The notes: generated by a model not told the origin, from the letters alone. Positions 8,376-17,344 are shown, counted from the stretch's first letter. The stretch is 32,000 bases of DNA from Nonlabens ponticola (GCF_003966335.1 NZ_CP034549.1:120001-152000); one strand, 5' to 3'. Numbers and translations: made by a program.

Positions 8376-10004
8376 ATGGGAAAAGGATTTTTCAATGTAC
8401 CCGTAGCGGTCAATGAACCTATATTATCATATGCGCCAGGCACTCACGAGCGAGAAGAAGTATTGCGCGCTTATCAAGAATTTTATGCCACACAAACCGC
8501 GGTGCCTTTGTACATAGGCGACGAGGAAATCACCACCAAGGACACTGGCGAGATACGACCACCGCACGATCACCAAAACGTTGTTGGAACCTACAGCCGT
8601 GCAGGTAAAAAAGAAGTGAAAAAAGCGATTAAGGTTGCGCTGGAAGCTCGTAAGGAATGGTCAAAATTACCATGGGAACAGCGCGCAGGAATCTTCCTAA
8701 AAGCTGCAGAACTCATCGCTGGACCTTACCGTGCTCGCATTAATGCCGCAACCATGGTCAACCAGTCAAAAACCGTTTTTCAAGCAGAAATCGACGCGGC
8801 CTGTGAGCTGATCGACTTCTTGAGATTTAATGTGGAGTACATGACCGAGATCTATGCAGAGCAGCCAGAATCTACAAGCGGTGCGTGGAACAGACTAGAA
8901 TACAGACCGCTGGAAGGATTTATCTACTGTATAAGTCCCTTCAACTTTACGGCTATTGCTGGAAACTTGCCAGCGAGTGCAGCTTTGATGGGTAATGTGA
9001 CCGTATGGAAACCTAGTGACCACCAGATGCTGAGCGCTAATGTGATCATGGAAGTATTTAAAGAAGCTGGCGTGCCAGATGGCGTGATCAATATGGTGAA
9101 TGCAGATCCAGTGATGATGACCAAAGAAGTTTTGGGTCATGAGGATTTTGCTGGAGTTCACTTTACAGGTTCTACAACTGTTTTTAAAGGTTTGTGGGAA
9201 CAAATAGGTAAGAATATTCATAAGTACAAAACCTATCCGCGTATTGTAGGTGAGACTGGTGGTAAAGACTTTATCGTAGCGCACAAAACTGCCATACCAC
9301 AACAAGTTGCCACGGCAATTACACGCGGTGCCTTTGAATTCCAAGGTCAAAAATGTAGTGCCGCATCACGTGCTTATATATCTGAAAGTATATGGGCTGA
9401 CGTGAAAGAAGCGCTAGGAAAAGATCTAGAAAGCATCACGATGGGATCGCCAGGTGACATGAGCAACTTCATGACTGCCGTGATTCATGAAGGATCGTTT
9501 GACAAGCTGGCCAAGTATATCGATGCTGCCAAAAAAAGTAAAAAAGCTGAAGTGATTTTTGGAGGTGGTTATGACAAGAGTGAAGGCTACTTTATAGAGC
9601 CTACCGTCATCGTGACTACAGATCCTAATTATGAAACCATGGAGACAGAGCTTTTTGGTCCTGTAATTACCATCTATGTTTATAAAGATAAAAATTGGGA
9701 AGAGACGTTAAAGCTAGTCGATGAGACCAGTATCTATGCCTTGACAGGTGCGGTGCTATCACAAGATCGTTATGCGCTATCGCAAGCAACTGATGCCTTG
9801 CAAAATTGTGCTGGTAACTTCTACCTTAACGATAAGCCTACTGGTGCCGTGGTAGGACAGCAGCCTTTTGGTGGTGCGAGAGCCTCTGGAACTAACGACA
9901 AAGCAGGTTCTAAACTTAATCTTCTACGCTGGGTAAGCCCACGTATGATCAAAGAAACTTTCGTCACACCTACGGATTATAGGTATCCGTTTTTGGGTGA
10001 GTAG
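8376..10004 (+). CDS. pruA: L-glutamate gamma-semialdehyde (1-pyrroline-5-carboxylate) dehydrogenase
   Basis: Aldehyde dehydrogenase superfamily: VGETGGKDF (catalytic Glu) and FEFQGQKCSAASR (catalytic Cys). The start is moved to the ATG at 8376 (MGKGFFNVPVAVNEP). The track ORF start at 8229 reads through a palindromic repeat and non-protein-like sequence. Confidence 0.85.
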   Translation: MGKGFFNVPVAVNEPILSYAPGTHEREEVLRAYQEFYATQTAVPLYIGDEEITTKDTGEIRPPHDHQNVVGTYSRAGKKEVKKAIKVALEARKEWSKLPWEQRAGIFLKAAELIAGPYRARINAATMVNQSKTVFQAEIDAACELIDFLRFNVEYMTEIYAEQPESTSGAWNRLEYRPLEGFIYCISPFNFTAIAGNLPASAALMGNVTVWKPSDHQMLSANVIMEVFKEAGVPDGVINMVNADPVMMTKEVLGHEDFAGVHFTGSTTVFKGLWEQIGKNIHKYKTYPRIVGETGGKDFIVAHKTAIPQQVATAITRGAFEFQGQKCSAASRAYISESIWADVKEALGKDLESITMGSPGDMSNFMTAVIHEGSFDKLAKYIDAAKKSKKAEVIFGGGYDKSEGYFIEPTVIVTTDPNYETMETELFGPVITIYVYKDKNWEETLKLVDETSIYALTGAVLSQDRYALSQATDALQNCAGNFYLNDKPTGAVVGQQPFGGARASGTNDKAGSKLNLLRWVSPRMIKETFVTPTDYRYPFLGE

Positions 10005-10028
10005 GTTTTAAGATTAATGCAATAAAAA

Positions 10029-10060
10029 ATGCCTTTCCTGATTGGAAAGGCATTTTTGTT
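10029..10060 (+). terminator. Rho-independent terminator after pruA
   Basis: The stem pairs atgcctttcc (10029..10038) with ggaaaggcat (10044..10053) around a 5-nt loop, followed by ttttgttt. An A-run upstream makes it potentially bidirectional. Confidence 0.75.
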
Positions 10061-10144
10061 TATTTTAATTATCAATTCATTTACGCAGTATATTTGCCGC
10101 AACATAAACATGAGGCTCATTTATCACCTCTCTAAAGAATTGAA

Positions 10145-10876
10145 ATGAAAAAATTATTGCTCCTAGCATTTATTGCGATTACCGCTCAAACCTATGCTCA
10201 AGAATCCGTTTTACTGCGTACTAATTATAACGAAGGTGATGTTTATACTGCCAGTGTCGTTCAAAAGCAAATAATAGGAATGGATGGTAGTACCGATATG
10301 ACGATACTCATGGAAATGGAGGTTACTGATGTTGCTCAAGACACTATAAAAACAGCATCCAAAATCACCTCTATTGATATGAAAATGAATCAAGGTGGAA
10401 TGGTCATGAATTATAACTCTGACATGGATGAAGAAGACCTTGATCAAACAGGCAAAATGATGAAAACGCAATTTGACCCAATGATGGAAGCGGTCATTTA
10501 TAGTTCACTTGACAGGTACGGCAACACGTTAAGCACAAAAGCAGATCCTGCACTACCTGGAATGGATCAATTTACCTCTGGACAGAGTTCTATTGATTTC
10601 CCTAAAGAAGAAGTAAGCGTAGGTTCTAGCTGGACAACAGAAAACACTAATCAGGGAATGAACGTCAAAACTACCTATACCGTCACCAAAATTGAAGACG
10701 GAAAGGTCTATGTTGACTTAAACGGTGTGGTATCTGGCGCAGGAACTGGTGAACTTAAAGGCACAGCCGATATTGACATCGCTACTGGTGCTACAAATAA
10801 TGATTCTGAAATTGTTGTTACCGCTCAAGGAATGCAGGTAACGGTCATCTCAACAATGGAGATGAGCAAGCAGTAG
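10145..10876 (+). CDS. Exported Met-rich hypothetical protein
   Basis: A 243-aa ORF with a signal peptide (MKKLLLLAFIAITAQTYAQ). It has Met-rich stretches (IDMKMNQGGMVMNYNSDMD, GKMMKTQFDPMMEAV). I cannot assign a family with confidence. Confidence 0.7.
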   Translation: MKKLLLLAFIAITAQTYAQESVLLRTNYNEGDVYTASVVQKQIIGMDGSTDMTILMEMEVTDVAQDTIKTASKITSIDMKMNQGGMVMNYNSDMDEEDLDQTGKMMKTQFDPMMEAVIYSSLDRYGNTLSTKADPALPGMDQFTSGQSSIDFPKEEVSVGSSWTTENTNQGMNVKTTYTVTKIEDGKVYVDLNGVVSGAGTGELKGTADIDIATGATNNDSEIVVTAQGMQVTVISTMEMSKQ

Positions 10877-10903
10877 TTCAAAGAATTTGTTGAAATATGA
10901 AAA

Positions 10904-10935
10904 ATGCCTTTCTTGTCTGGAAAGGCATTTTTGGT
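10904..10935. terminator. Bidirectional rho-independent terminator (near-copy of the 10029 hairpin)
   Basis: The stem pairs atgcctttc (10904..10912) with gaaaggcat (10920..10928). It is flanked by aaaaa upstream and ttttt downstream. It lies between the convergent genes ending at 10876 (+) and 10957 (-). Confidence 0.75.
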
Positions 10936-10956
10936 TAAATGTGGTCATATTAAAGT

Positions 10957-11895
10957 TTACTTTTCAGATTTTTCTCTGTAAATAAATTCCCGTTTATTTA
11001 AAATGAATTTAGTTGTAGAAGGAACCATTTTAAATAATCTTACTTCAGGATATATTTGACGGACAATACTCATTATCTTATCAAAATGTTCGTCACTAAC
11101 CTTACATCCGAAGTACAGCGCTTTTAAAGATCCTTTGGGATATCGGTATTTCTGATTATTATTATGATGTAAAAGCCTTAATTCTTCTTCATGAGACCAT
11201 TCAATGGATTTATGGGTAGCAAGTTTCATCAAGGATTGCAAATCACTTTCTTTTGAAAAGAACAAATCAGATATAATATTTGGAATTTCAGATCGATAAG
11301 TGACTTCAATTGTTTTTGAAAATGGCAGCACAGTAGAGTCGAATTCTAGACATATACCTTTATGTCCATCGGCATAATACGACCACATTAAAAGATTATC
11401 AGAATTCTTAGAAAAACAAGATATTCCCATTTTAGAGAATTTATTGACTCTAATCTCATTCAGAACATTTACAATTACCCCAGTAAGGTGAATCTTCAAT
11501 TCGTTTAACAAATCAAACACTTCTTCGGAAAATAGTTCTTTACTATTTCCTCCAATCATCGACAAATAATTTAAATAGGCTTTTTTGCTTCGATACTTGA
11601 CTAGTTTATGTTCACTATCAAATTGAAATATGTAATCTATATGATCCACACAAAATGAATAATACCTATCAAGCGAAATTGATTTGTTCATTATTTCCAT
11701 CAAATCTCCTTGATCGAAACGTCCTTTCCATAATTTAGTAACTAGCTCTACAAATATCTTATCGCTTAATCGTTCAACTGACGCTGGGTGAAAAGTATCG
11801 AACGGATCATTAAAGAAACTAGGTGAGCTAAAGTAAATCTGCTCGTTAGAGAGATTTTCTAATGTGTATTTATTTATAGAACAATATTTAAACAT
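10957..11895 (-). CDS. DUF2971 family protein
   Basis: A 312-aa protein. The N-terminal motif is FKYCSINKYTLENLSNEQIYFSSPSFFNDPFD. The central motif is GISCFSKNSDNLLMWSYYADGHKGICLEFD. Both are the characteristic DUF2971 blocks as I know them. The gene is visibly more AT-rich than its neighbours. Confidence 0.75.
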   Translation of the reverse strand: MFKYCSINKYTLENLSNEQIYFSSPSFFNDPFDTFHPASVERLSDKIFVELVTKLWKGRFDQGDLMEIMNKSISLDRYYSFCVDHIDYIFQFDSEHKLVKYRSKKAYLNYLSMIGGNSKELFSEEVFDLLNELKIHLTGVIVNVLNEIRVNKFSKMGISCFSKNSDNLLMWSYYADGHKGICLEFDSTVLPFSKTIEVTYRSEIPNIISDLFFSKESDLQSLMKLATHKSIEWSHEEELRLLHHNNNQKYRYPKGSLKALYFGCKVSDEHFDKIMSIVRQIYPEVRLFKMVPSTTKFILNKREFIYREKSEK

Positions 11896-11929
11896 CAGAA
11901 TACAACCATCAAATTTCTAGTATAGCTTC

Positions 11930-12397
11930 TCAACAGAACTCAATTATTTTTTTCTCAAAATCAATAGGAATTGCACCTCCAGAACAACCACCAATTTCTT
12001 CGTGGTAAATTTCCTTAGGATTGTCTGTGATGATCCAAGTTCCTGAGTGATGTTTGTAAATGAAACTATCTAAAATGGAATCAGGACCGCTAAGACTAGT
12101 TTCTTCAGTTTTCATGATTGTTATATGATTTCCATCAATATGAATCTTAACTGGTGTGTTTGGCATTCGGCCATTCCATTCGGCGAAGTACAGGTCATAA
12201 ATAAAAGTACCTTGAGGAATTGAATCGTTTTGTTTATGAGTATTTCCGATCTCATTCTCAGTCAAAATAGCTGCTTCTTGATCACCGTAATCGTCTGGTG
12301 TTGAGCCCATAATATTTACAGCAAACACCAGTGCCACGATTGCTATTGTAGAAAAGATGGCAACTAAAAATAAAATGATTTTAACGCTTGCTTTCAT
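11930..12397 (-). CDS. Single-pass membrane-anchored hypothetical protein
   Basis: A 155-aa protein with one N-terminal TM helix (IILFLVAIFSTIAIVALVFAV) followed by a soluble domain. I recognise no family. Its start codon lies 3 nt after the rsmG stop. Confidence 0.6.
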   Translation of the reverse strand: MKASVKIILFLVAIFSTIAIVALVFAVNIMGSTPDDYGDQEAAILTENEIGNTHKQNDSIPQGTFIYDLYFAEWNGRMPNTPVKIHIDGNHITIMKTEETSLSGPDSILDSFIYKHHSGTWIITDNPKEIYHEEIGGCSGGAIPIDFEKKIIEFC

Positions 12398-12400
12398 TGC

Positions 12401-13042
12401 TTACAACGGCAAGTGCACTACTTTTTTAGTCTCAAAGAAAGGATCTTCAAATACTTGGTCTAGATCATAGACATCAGCATATTTGAATGGCTTGAGTTCT
12501 TCTCGTAGGTCGCCGCCTTTAAGATACAAGATTCCGTTTTCTATCTCGTGGTAGCTGTCCTTGCGCACCTTATTGCGAGTCCAGCTTACAAAATCGGTCA
12601 TGTTGGTTACCGCTCTTGAGACGATAAAGTCAAATCTGCCGCGTACTTTTTCGGCTCGACCATGTTCTGTTGTGACGTTTTCAAGGCCTAGTGCTTCTAC
12701 TATGGCATCCACTACTTTTAGTTTTTTAGCAATGGAATCGACTAGGTGAAATTTTGTTTTTGGAAACATGATCGCCAACGGTATTCCTGGGAAGCCACCA
12801 CCAGTTCCAACATCTAGTACTCTTGTACCGCCTGGTGTATTGGGTAAGCTTTCGCGAAAGCGGACTACACTTACAATTCCCAGCGAGTGTAAAACATGCC
12901 TGGTATATAATTGATCGATGTCTTTTCTAGATATCACATTGATCTGGGCATTCCACTCTTTATAAAGATCACCCAGTTGTGCAAACTGGCGCTCTTGCTT
13001 TGCGGTGATATGCGGGAAATGTTTTTTGATGATTTGTGACAC
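12401..13042 (-). CDS. rsmG: 16S rRNA (guanine527-N7)-methyltransferase RsmG (GidB)
   Basis: It has the SAM motif VLDVGTGGGFPGIPLAI and a C-terminal FVSRAV block. The start is placed at the GTG at 13042 (VSQIIKKHFPHITAKQ), giving 213 aa. The track start at 13102 adds 20 non-conserved-looking residues and closes the divergent intergenic gap. Confidence 0.85.
   Translation of the reverse strand: MSQIIKKHFPHITAKQERQFAQLGDLYKEWNAQINVISRKDIDQLYTRHVLHSLGIVSVVRFRESLPNTPGGTRVLDVGTGGGFPGIPLAIMFPKTKFHLVDSIAKKLKVVDAIVEALGLENVTTEHGRAEKVRGRFDFIVSRAVTNMTDFVSWTRNKVRKDSYHEIENGILYLKGGDLREELKPFKYADVYDLDQVFEDPFFETKKVVHLPL
12847..12862. repeat. Palindromic repeat, copy 4 (aGCTTTCGCGAAAGCG, 15/16), inside rsmG
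   Basis: The core is exact. On the minus strand it is translated as V-V-R-F-R-E-S-L within RsmG. Confidence 0.95.
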
Positions 13043-13112
13043 GTGTCGATAGTTTGTGCAAAAATACTTGAATATATAGACCTGTTGTGCGTGCTGGACC
13101 ACAGGCTTATGA

Positions 13113-13120
13113 TATTTTTG
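13113..13120 (+). promoter_or_regulatory. Candidate -7 box (TAttTTTG) for the aminotransferase gene
   Basis: tatttttg matches TAnnTTTG and lies 17 nt upstream of the ATG at 13138. I see no convincing -33 element. Confidence 0.3.
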
Positions 13121-13137
13121 TTACAAAGCGCCACATT

Positions 13138-14325
13138 ATGAACCAGCACCTTTCTGACCGCATCAATAATTTACCTACCAGCGCCACGCTTGCCATGGCT
13201 GCCAAAGCACGTGAGTTGCGCGAGCAAGGAAAGGACATCATAGGCTTGAGCCTGGGCGAGCCAGATTTCAATACGCCAGATTTTGTCAAGGAGGCTGCTA
13301 TCCAAGCTATTAAAGATAATTACAACAGCTACACGCCTGTAGATGGTTATGTGGAACTTAAAGATGCGATCATCACAAAATTCAAGCGTGATAATAACTT
13401 GACCTATGATCGCAGCCAGATTGTGGTATCGACTGGTGCCAAACAATCCATTGCCAATGTTGCGATGGTGCTGGTTAATAAAGGTGATGAATGTATCCTG
13501 CCAGCACCTTACTGGGTAAGTTACAGCGCCATCGTGGAGCTAGCCGAAGGTGTTCCTGTAGAAGTGCGTGCTGGCGTAGAGCAGAATTTTAAAATGACTG
13601 CCCAACAATTGCGTGACGCCATCACGCCTAAAACCAAAATGATCCTATTCTCATCGCCCAACAATCCTAGTGGTGCAGTTTTCTCTAGAGAAGAACTAGA
13701 ATCATTTGCAGAGGTATTGAATGATCATCCAGATATTATTGTGGTGAGTGACGAGATCTATGAGCATATTAATTATCGTGGTGGCCATGCGAGTATGGCA
13801 AGCATCGACGGCATGTATGATCGCACGGTAACGATCAATGGTGTGAGCAAGGCTTTTGCCATGACGGGCTGGCGTGTTGGTTACATAGGCGCACCTACCT
13901 GGATCGCCAGAGCTTGCAACAAGATGCAAGGACAAATTACTAGTGGTACCAACTGTATCGCACAGCGTGCGGTGATCACAGCGTTAGAAGCACCAGTTTC
14001 TAAAATTCAATACATGATAGACGCCTTTACTGAGCGTCGTAGTCTGATCTTAGGATTACTCAACGATATCGGTGGCTTTGTAACCGATGAACCTGACGGT
14101 GCTTTCTATGTATTTCCTGACGTGTCAGCGTTTTTTGGACGTGAGATTAAAGGACACAAAATCTACAATGCCACGGACTTCTCTATGTTGTTACTAGAAG
14201 AAGCCCTGGTAGCTACTGTCTCTGGAGATGCGTTTGGCGCTCCTAACTGTATACGTATTTCCTATGCTGCGAGTACAGAGCAGATCAAAGAGGCTTTGAA
14301 GAGGATTAAGGAGGTACTGAGTTGA
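13138..14325 (+). CDS. Pyridoxal-phosphate-dependent class I aminotransferase (aspartate aminotransferase-like)
   Basis: It has the N-terminal LSLGEPDFNTP block, NNPSG, and the PLP-lysine block NGVSKAFAMTGWRVGY. The start is moved to the ATG at 13138 (MNQHLSDRINNLP). Confidence 0.85.
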   Translation: MNQHLSDRINNLPTSATLAMAAKARELREQGKDIIGLSLGEPDFNTPDFVKEAAIQAIKDNYNSYTPVDGYVELKDAIITKFKRDNNLTYDRSQIVVSTGAKQSIANVAMVLVNKGDECILPAPYWVSYSAIVELAEGVPVEVRAGVEQNFKMTAQQLRDAITPKTKMILFSSPNNPSGAVFSREELESFAEVLNDHPDIIVVSDEIYEHINYRGGHASMASIDGMYDRTVTINGVSKAFAMTGWRVGYIGAPTWIARACNKMQGQITSGTNCIAQRAVITALEAPVSKIQYMIDAFTERRSLILGLLNDIGGFVTDEPDGAFYVFPDVSAFFGREIKGHKIYNATDFSMLLLEEALVATVSGDAFGAPNCIRISYAASTEQIKEALKRIKEVLS

Positions 14326-14342
14326 TCTAATTAATTGAAATT

Positions 14343-15839
14343 CTACCTGTTTCTCCAGAAGAATGGTGTCAACAATATCAAAACGGTGAATAGTTCAAGT
14401 CGCCCTATGAGCATTAAGAATGAACACCACCATTTTCCTATCCATGGTAAGCCAGCAAAATTATCTACTGGTGATAGCTCACCAAAAGCTGGACCTACAT
14501 TACCTAGACTACTTAGCGCACCACCAATGGCGCTGTCAAAATCAAGTCCCAACGCGGCAAGACCTACTGCTCCAACAATAAAGGACAACATATAAAGAAT
14601 AAAGAATCCTAGAATATTAAATACTACACCAGACTGTAATGCCTTTTTATTAAATCGTACTGGCAATATTGCATTAGGATGCAACGTACGCTTAAATTCT
14701 AGGATACCATTGCGTATCAATATAATATGACGCATCACCTTGATACCACCAGAAGTGGATCCAGAGCTACCACCTAAAAAGAATAAGCCAAAAAACATGA
14801 TGGTCAAAAATGGCGTCCACATAGTATAATCTGCCGTAACAAATCCAGTTGTAGTGATAATAGCTAGCACTTGAAAGAAAGAATGTCGCACGGCACTCTC
14901 AAACTCACCCAGAACCATAGGATGAGCTATGGATGATGAGGTAACATCTGCCTGAAAATATATGAGTCCAGCTGCAATGATTGAAAAACCAAATACAAAA
15001 CTAGCATACCATTTGAACTCAGTATCCTGAATAATTTTCTTGACTTTGCCCTTGATCGCAAAGTAGCTCAGTACAAAATTCATCCCAGCAATGAACATGA
15101 ACACAATGATGATCCACTGAATAGCAGGATTATCGTTCCAATAAGCAATACTGGCATTCTTAGTAGAAAAACCACCGGTTGACAGCGTACTCAACGCATG
15201 GTTAACTGCATCAAACCAGCCCATACCGGCAATCTTTAGAAGCACCGCTTCAATAGCTGTGAAACCCACATATATCTGCCATAATCTTGTTGCAGTATCT
15301 GTGATTCTAGGGTGTAGTTTGTCAGTGTTAGGACCTGGAGATTCTGCAGCAAATAGTTGCATTCCACCTATTCCCAGAAGTGGCAGAATGGCAACAGCAA
15401 GAACAATGATTCCCATGCCGCCAATCCAGTGAGTCAAACTGCGCCAGAATAATATTCCTTTAGGCATTGACTCAATGTCATTCATGATACTAGCACCAGT
15501 AGTAGTGAAACCACTCATCGTTTCAAAAAAGGCATCGGTATAATTATCGATCGCACCTGTAAACATGTAGGGCATAGTTCCAGCAAAAGCCATGATTAAC
15601 CAACCCATCGTCACAATTAGATATCCTTCTTTCTTAGAAAGTTCTTTTAAGTGCCTTCTATTGACAAACATCAAAGCACCACCTATACCTGCTGCGGTAA
15701 GTGCTGCCAGAAAAATCTCAATCGCCTCTGGCTCTGCATAGATTGCGCTAACGATCGCACTTATCAACATGAAACCACCATTGCACATGAGTAAAACTCC
15801 CATGATATAAACGATGATCTTAAAATTGAGTTTAGGCAT
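14343..15839 (-). CDS. trkH: Trk-type potassium uptake protein TrkH
   Basis: A 498-aa polytopic membrane protein. It carries four pore-loop-like motifs: GFTTTGAS, LSTGGFST, ITTTGFVT and GSTSGGIKV. Confidence 0.9.
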   Translation of the reverse strand: MPKLNFKIIVYIMGVLLMCNGGFMLISAIVSAIYAEPEAIEIFLAALTAAGIGGALMFVNRRHLKELSKKEGYLIVTMGWLIMAFAGTMPYMFTGAIDNYTDAFFETMSGFTTTGASIMNDIESMPKGILFWRSLTHWIGGMGIIVLAVAILPLLGIGGMQLFAAESPGPNTDKLHPRITDTATRLWQIYVGFTAIEAVLLKIAGMGWFDAVNHALSTLSTGGFSTKNASIAYWNDNPAIQWIIIVFMFIAGMNFVLSYFAIKGKVKKIIQDTEFKWYASFVFGFSIIAAGLIYFQADVTSSSIAHPMVLGEFESAVRHSFFQVLAIITTTGFVTADYTMWTPFLTIMFFGLFFLGGSSGSTSGGIKVMRHIILIRNGILEFKRTLHPNAILPVRFNKKALQSGVVFNILGFFILYMLSFIVGAVGLAALGLDFDSAIGGALSSLGNVGPAFGELSPVDNFAGLPWIGKWWCSFLMLIGRLELFTVLILLTPFFWRNR

Positions 15840-17188
15840 TATTGGAAGATTTTCTCCACTTTACTGATAGATCTAGGCAGGCAACAAACTACAATGCGGT
15901 CACCAGCTTGTATCTGGAAATCTCCTAAGACAATATTTCCTTCTCCATCACGAATAACGCCACCAATGATCGCACTGCGTGGCACGCCGATATTCATAAT
16001 TTTCTCACCGCACAGCTTGCTATCTTCCTTGACAATAAATTCAAGCAACTCGGCATTCATATTATTAAGTTTAGTCATGGCGACTACCTCACCTTTTCTA
16101 ATGTATCTAAAGATGTTATTGGCGGCAAGAAGTTTTTTATTGATCAAGGTATCTATTCCAATAGAATGTGATAGTTGGAAGTAATCCATGTTTTCAACCA
16201 GTGCAATAGTTTTATTGACACTCTTGCTTTTGGCCATGAGGCACGAGATGATATTAGTCTCGCTATTACCAGTCACGGCTATAAACGCATCCATCTCGTG
16301 TATACTTTCCTCTTGTAGCAACTCTACATTGCGACCATCACCACTTAACACGAGTACATCTGGTAGCTTTTCGGCTAGATCAAAAGCCTTTTCAGCATTC
16401 ACCTCGATAAGTTTCACATTAATTCCTGCGGCAGATAACTTACTCGCACTTTGCTCACCTATGTGGCTACCGCCTAGGATCATGACGTTGCGTATGTTTC
16501 GCTTTGTTTTACCAGTAAGTTTGTAAAGTTCGTCCACACCACCTTGAGTGGTTATGAAATATACCTGATCACCTTCTTTAAATTGAGTATCACCGCGCGG
16601 TATGAGCGTGTATTGGGTTCCAAATCGTTGTATAGCGATGGGCATAAAATGCACTTCAGGAAAAATCTCACCAGCTTCCTGTACTGATTTTCCTACAAAT
16701 TGCGCCGTGCGCTGTAAATTCACACCTACCATAGTAAGTGCACCTTCTTCAAATTGATAACTATCGTTAAAGGCGCTTTGATCCAGCAGTAGTTCAATCT
16801 CTTTACTAGCAAGCGATTCAGGAGAGATTAGTTCATCGATTCCAAGTTCTGGAAAGTGGATCGTCTCATTTTCCTCGATAAACTCTGTATTAGATATCCT
16901 AGCAACGGTGCGTTTTGCGCCCAATTGTTTAGCTAGTACACAAATAGTGATGTTGGTCGTCTCACTGCTCGTCACGGCGATAACGAGATCAGCCTCTTTT
17001 ACACGCGCATCTCGCAACATGGATATGGAGGTCGCATCACCTCTTAACGTCCTGATGTCAAGATGGTTATCAGCGTACTGTATATTCTCCTTTTCTGGAT
17101 CAATAAGCACGATATCCTGTGACTCGTAAGAAAGCAGTTTGGCAAGGTGAAATCCCACTTCGCCAGCACCTGCGATAATGATTTTCAT
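15839..17188 (-). CDS. trkA: Trk system potassium uptake protein TrkA
   Basis: A 449-aa protein with two Rossmann NAD-binding repeats (KIIIAGAGEVGFHLA and VMILGGSHIGEQSA), each followed by a TrkA-C-like segment. Its stop overlaps the trkH ATG by 1 nt (TAATG). Confidence 0.9.
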   Translation of the reverse strand: MKIIIAGAGEVGFHLAKLLSYESQDIVLIDPEKENIQYADNHLDIRTLRGDATSISMLRDARVKEADLVIAVTSSETTNITICVLAKQLGAKRTVARISNTEFIEENETIHFPELGIDELISPESLASKEIELLLDQSAFNDSYQFEEGALTMVGVNLQRTAQFVGKSVQEAGEIFPEVHFMPIAIQRFGTQYTLIPRGDTQFKEGDQVYFITTQGGVDELYKLTGKTKRNIRNVMILGGSHIGEQSASKLSAAGINVKLIEVNAEKAFDLAEKLPDVLVLSGDGRNVELLQEESIHEMDAFIAVTGNSETNIISCLMAKSKSVNKTIALVENMDYFQLSHSIGIDTLINKKLLAANNIFRYIRKGEVVAMTKLNNMNAELLEFIVKEDSKLCGEKIMNIGVPRSAIIGGVIRDGEGNIVLGDFQIQAGDRIVVCCLPRSISKVEKIFQ

Positions 17189-17275
17189 AAAATCGTCTCT
17201 GTAGAATTCAAATATACAGCTACGGTAATGAATACCTTTAACGCTAGTCGTATTTTATAATGAGGGTTAAAATTT

Positions 17276-17291
17276 TGCTTTCGCGAAAGCG
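17276..17291. repeat. Palindromic repeat, copy 5 (tGCTTTCGCGAAAGCG, 15/16)
   Basis: The core is exact. It sits in the trkA/ubiE divergent intergenic region, followed by TAATAAC. Confidence 0.95.
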
Positions 17292-17344
17292 TAATAACTC
17301 AAACATCGCCACTGCATTGTATCTTTGAGAACTAATCCTATAAC

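Noticed and set aside
10957-12397. Calling the DUF2971 region a mobile element or genomic island with defined ends.
   Set aside because: There is no integrase, transposase, tRNA target or flanking direct repeats. Only compositional bias supports foreign origin, so it is reported as a finding and not annotated as a mobile element.
13043-13137. Track ORF starts at 13102 (rsmG, minus) and 13087 (aminotransferase, plus), which make the two divergent genes overlap.
   Set aside because: Both extensions (MVQHAQQVYIFKYFCTNYRH and MRAGPQAYDIFVTKRHI) lack family-like sequence. The internal starts at GTG 13042 and ATG 13138 give canonical N-termini and leave a 95-bp promoter region.
14335-14595. 86-aa plus-strand ORF at the 3' end of trkH. 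Many similar 60-150-aa antisense ORFs occur elsewhere (1001..1225, 1277..1489, 1837..2268, 2577..2783, 3948..4154, 4335..4538, 6339..6527, 8895..9350, 8924..9124, 10211..10471, 12561..12749, 12934..13149, 13107..13289, 13171..13446, 13702..13935, 15894..16184, 16188..16526, 16908..17129, 17653..17862, 20615..21025, 21450..21701, 23696..24067, 26451..26705, 26853..27035, 28836..29027, 28924..29127, 29345..29545, 30348..30545).
   Set aside because: All lie inside, mostly antisense to, strongly supported conserved CDSs. Their composition is low-complexity or odd, and none shows a recognisable motif.
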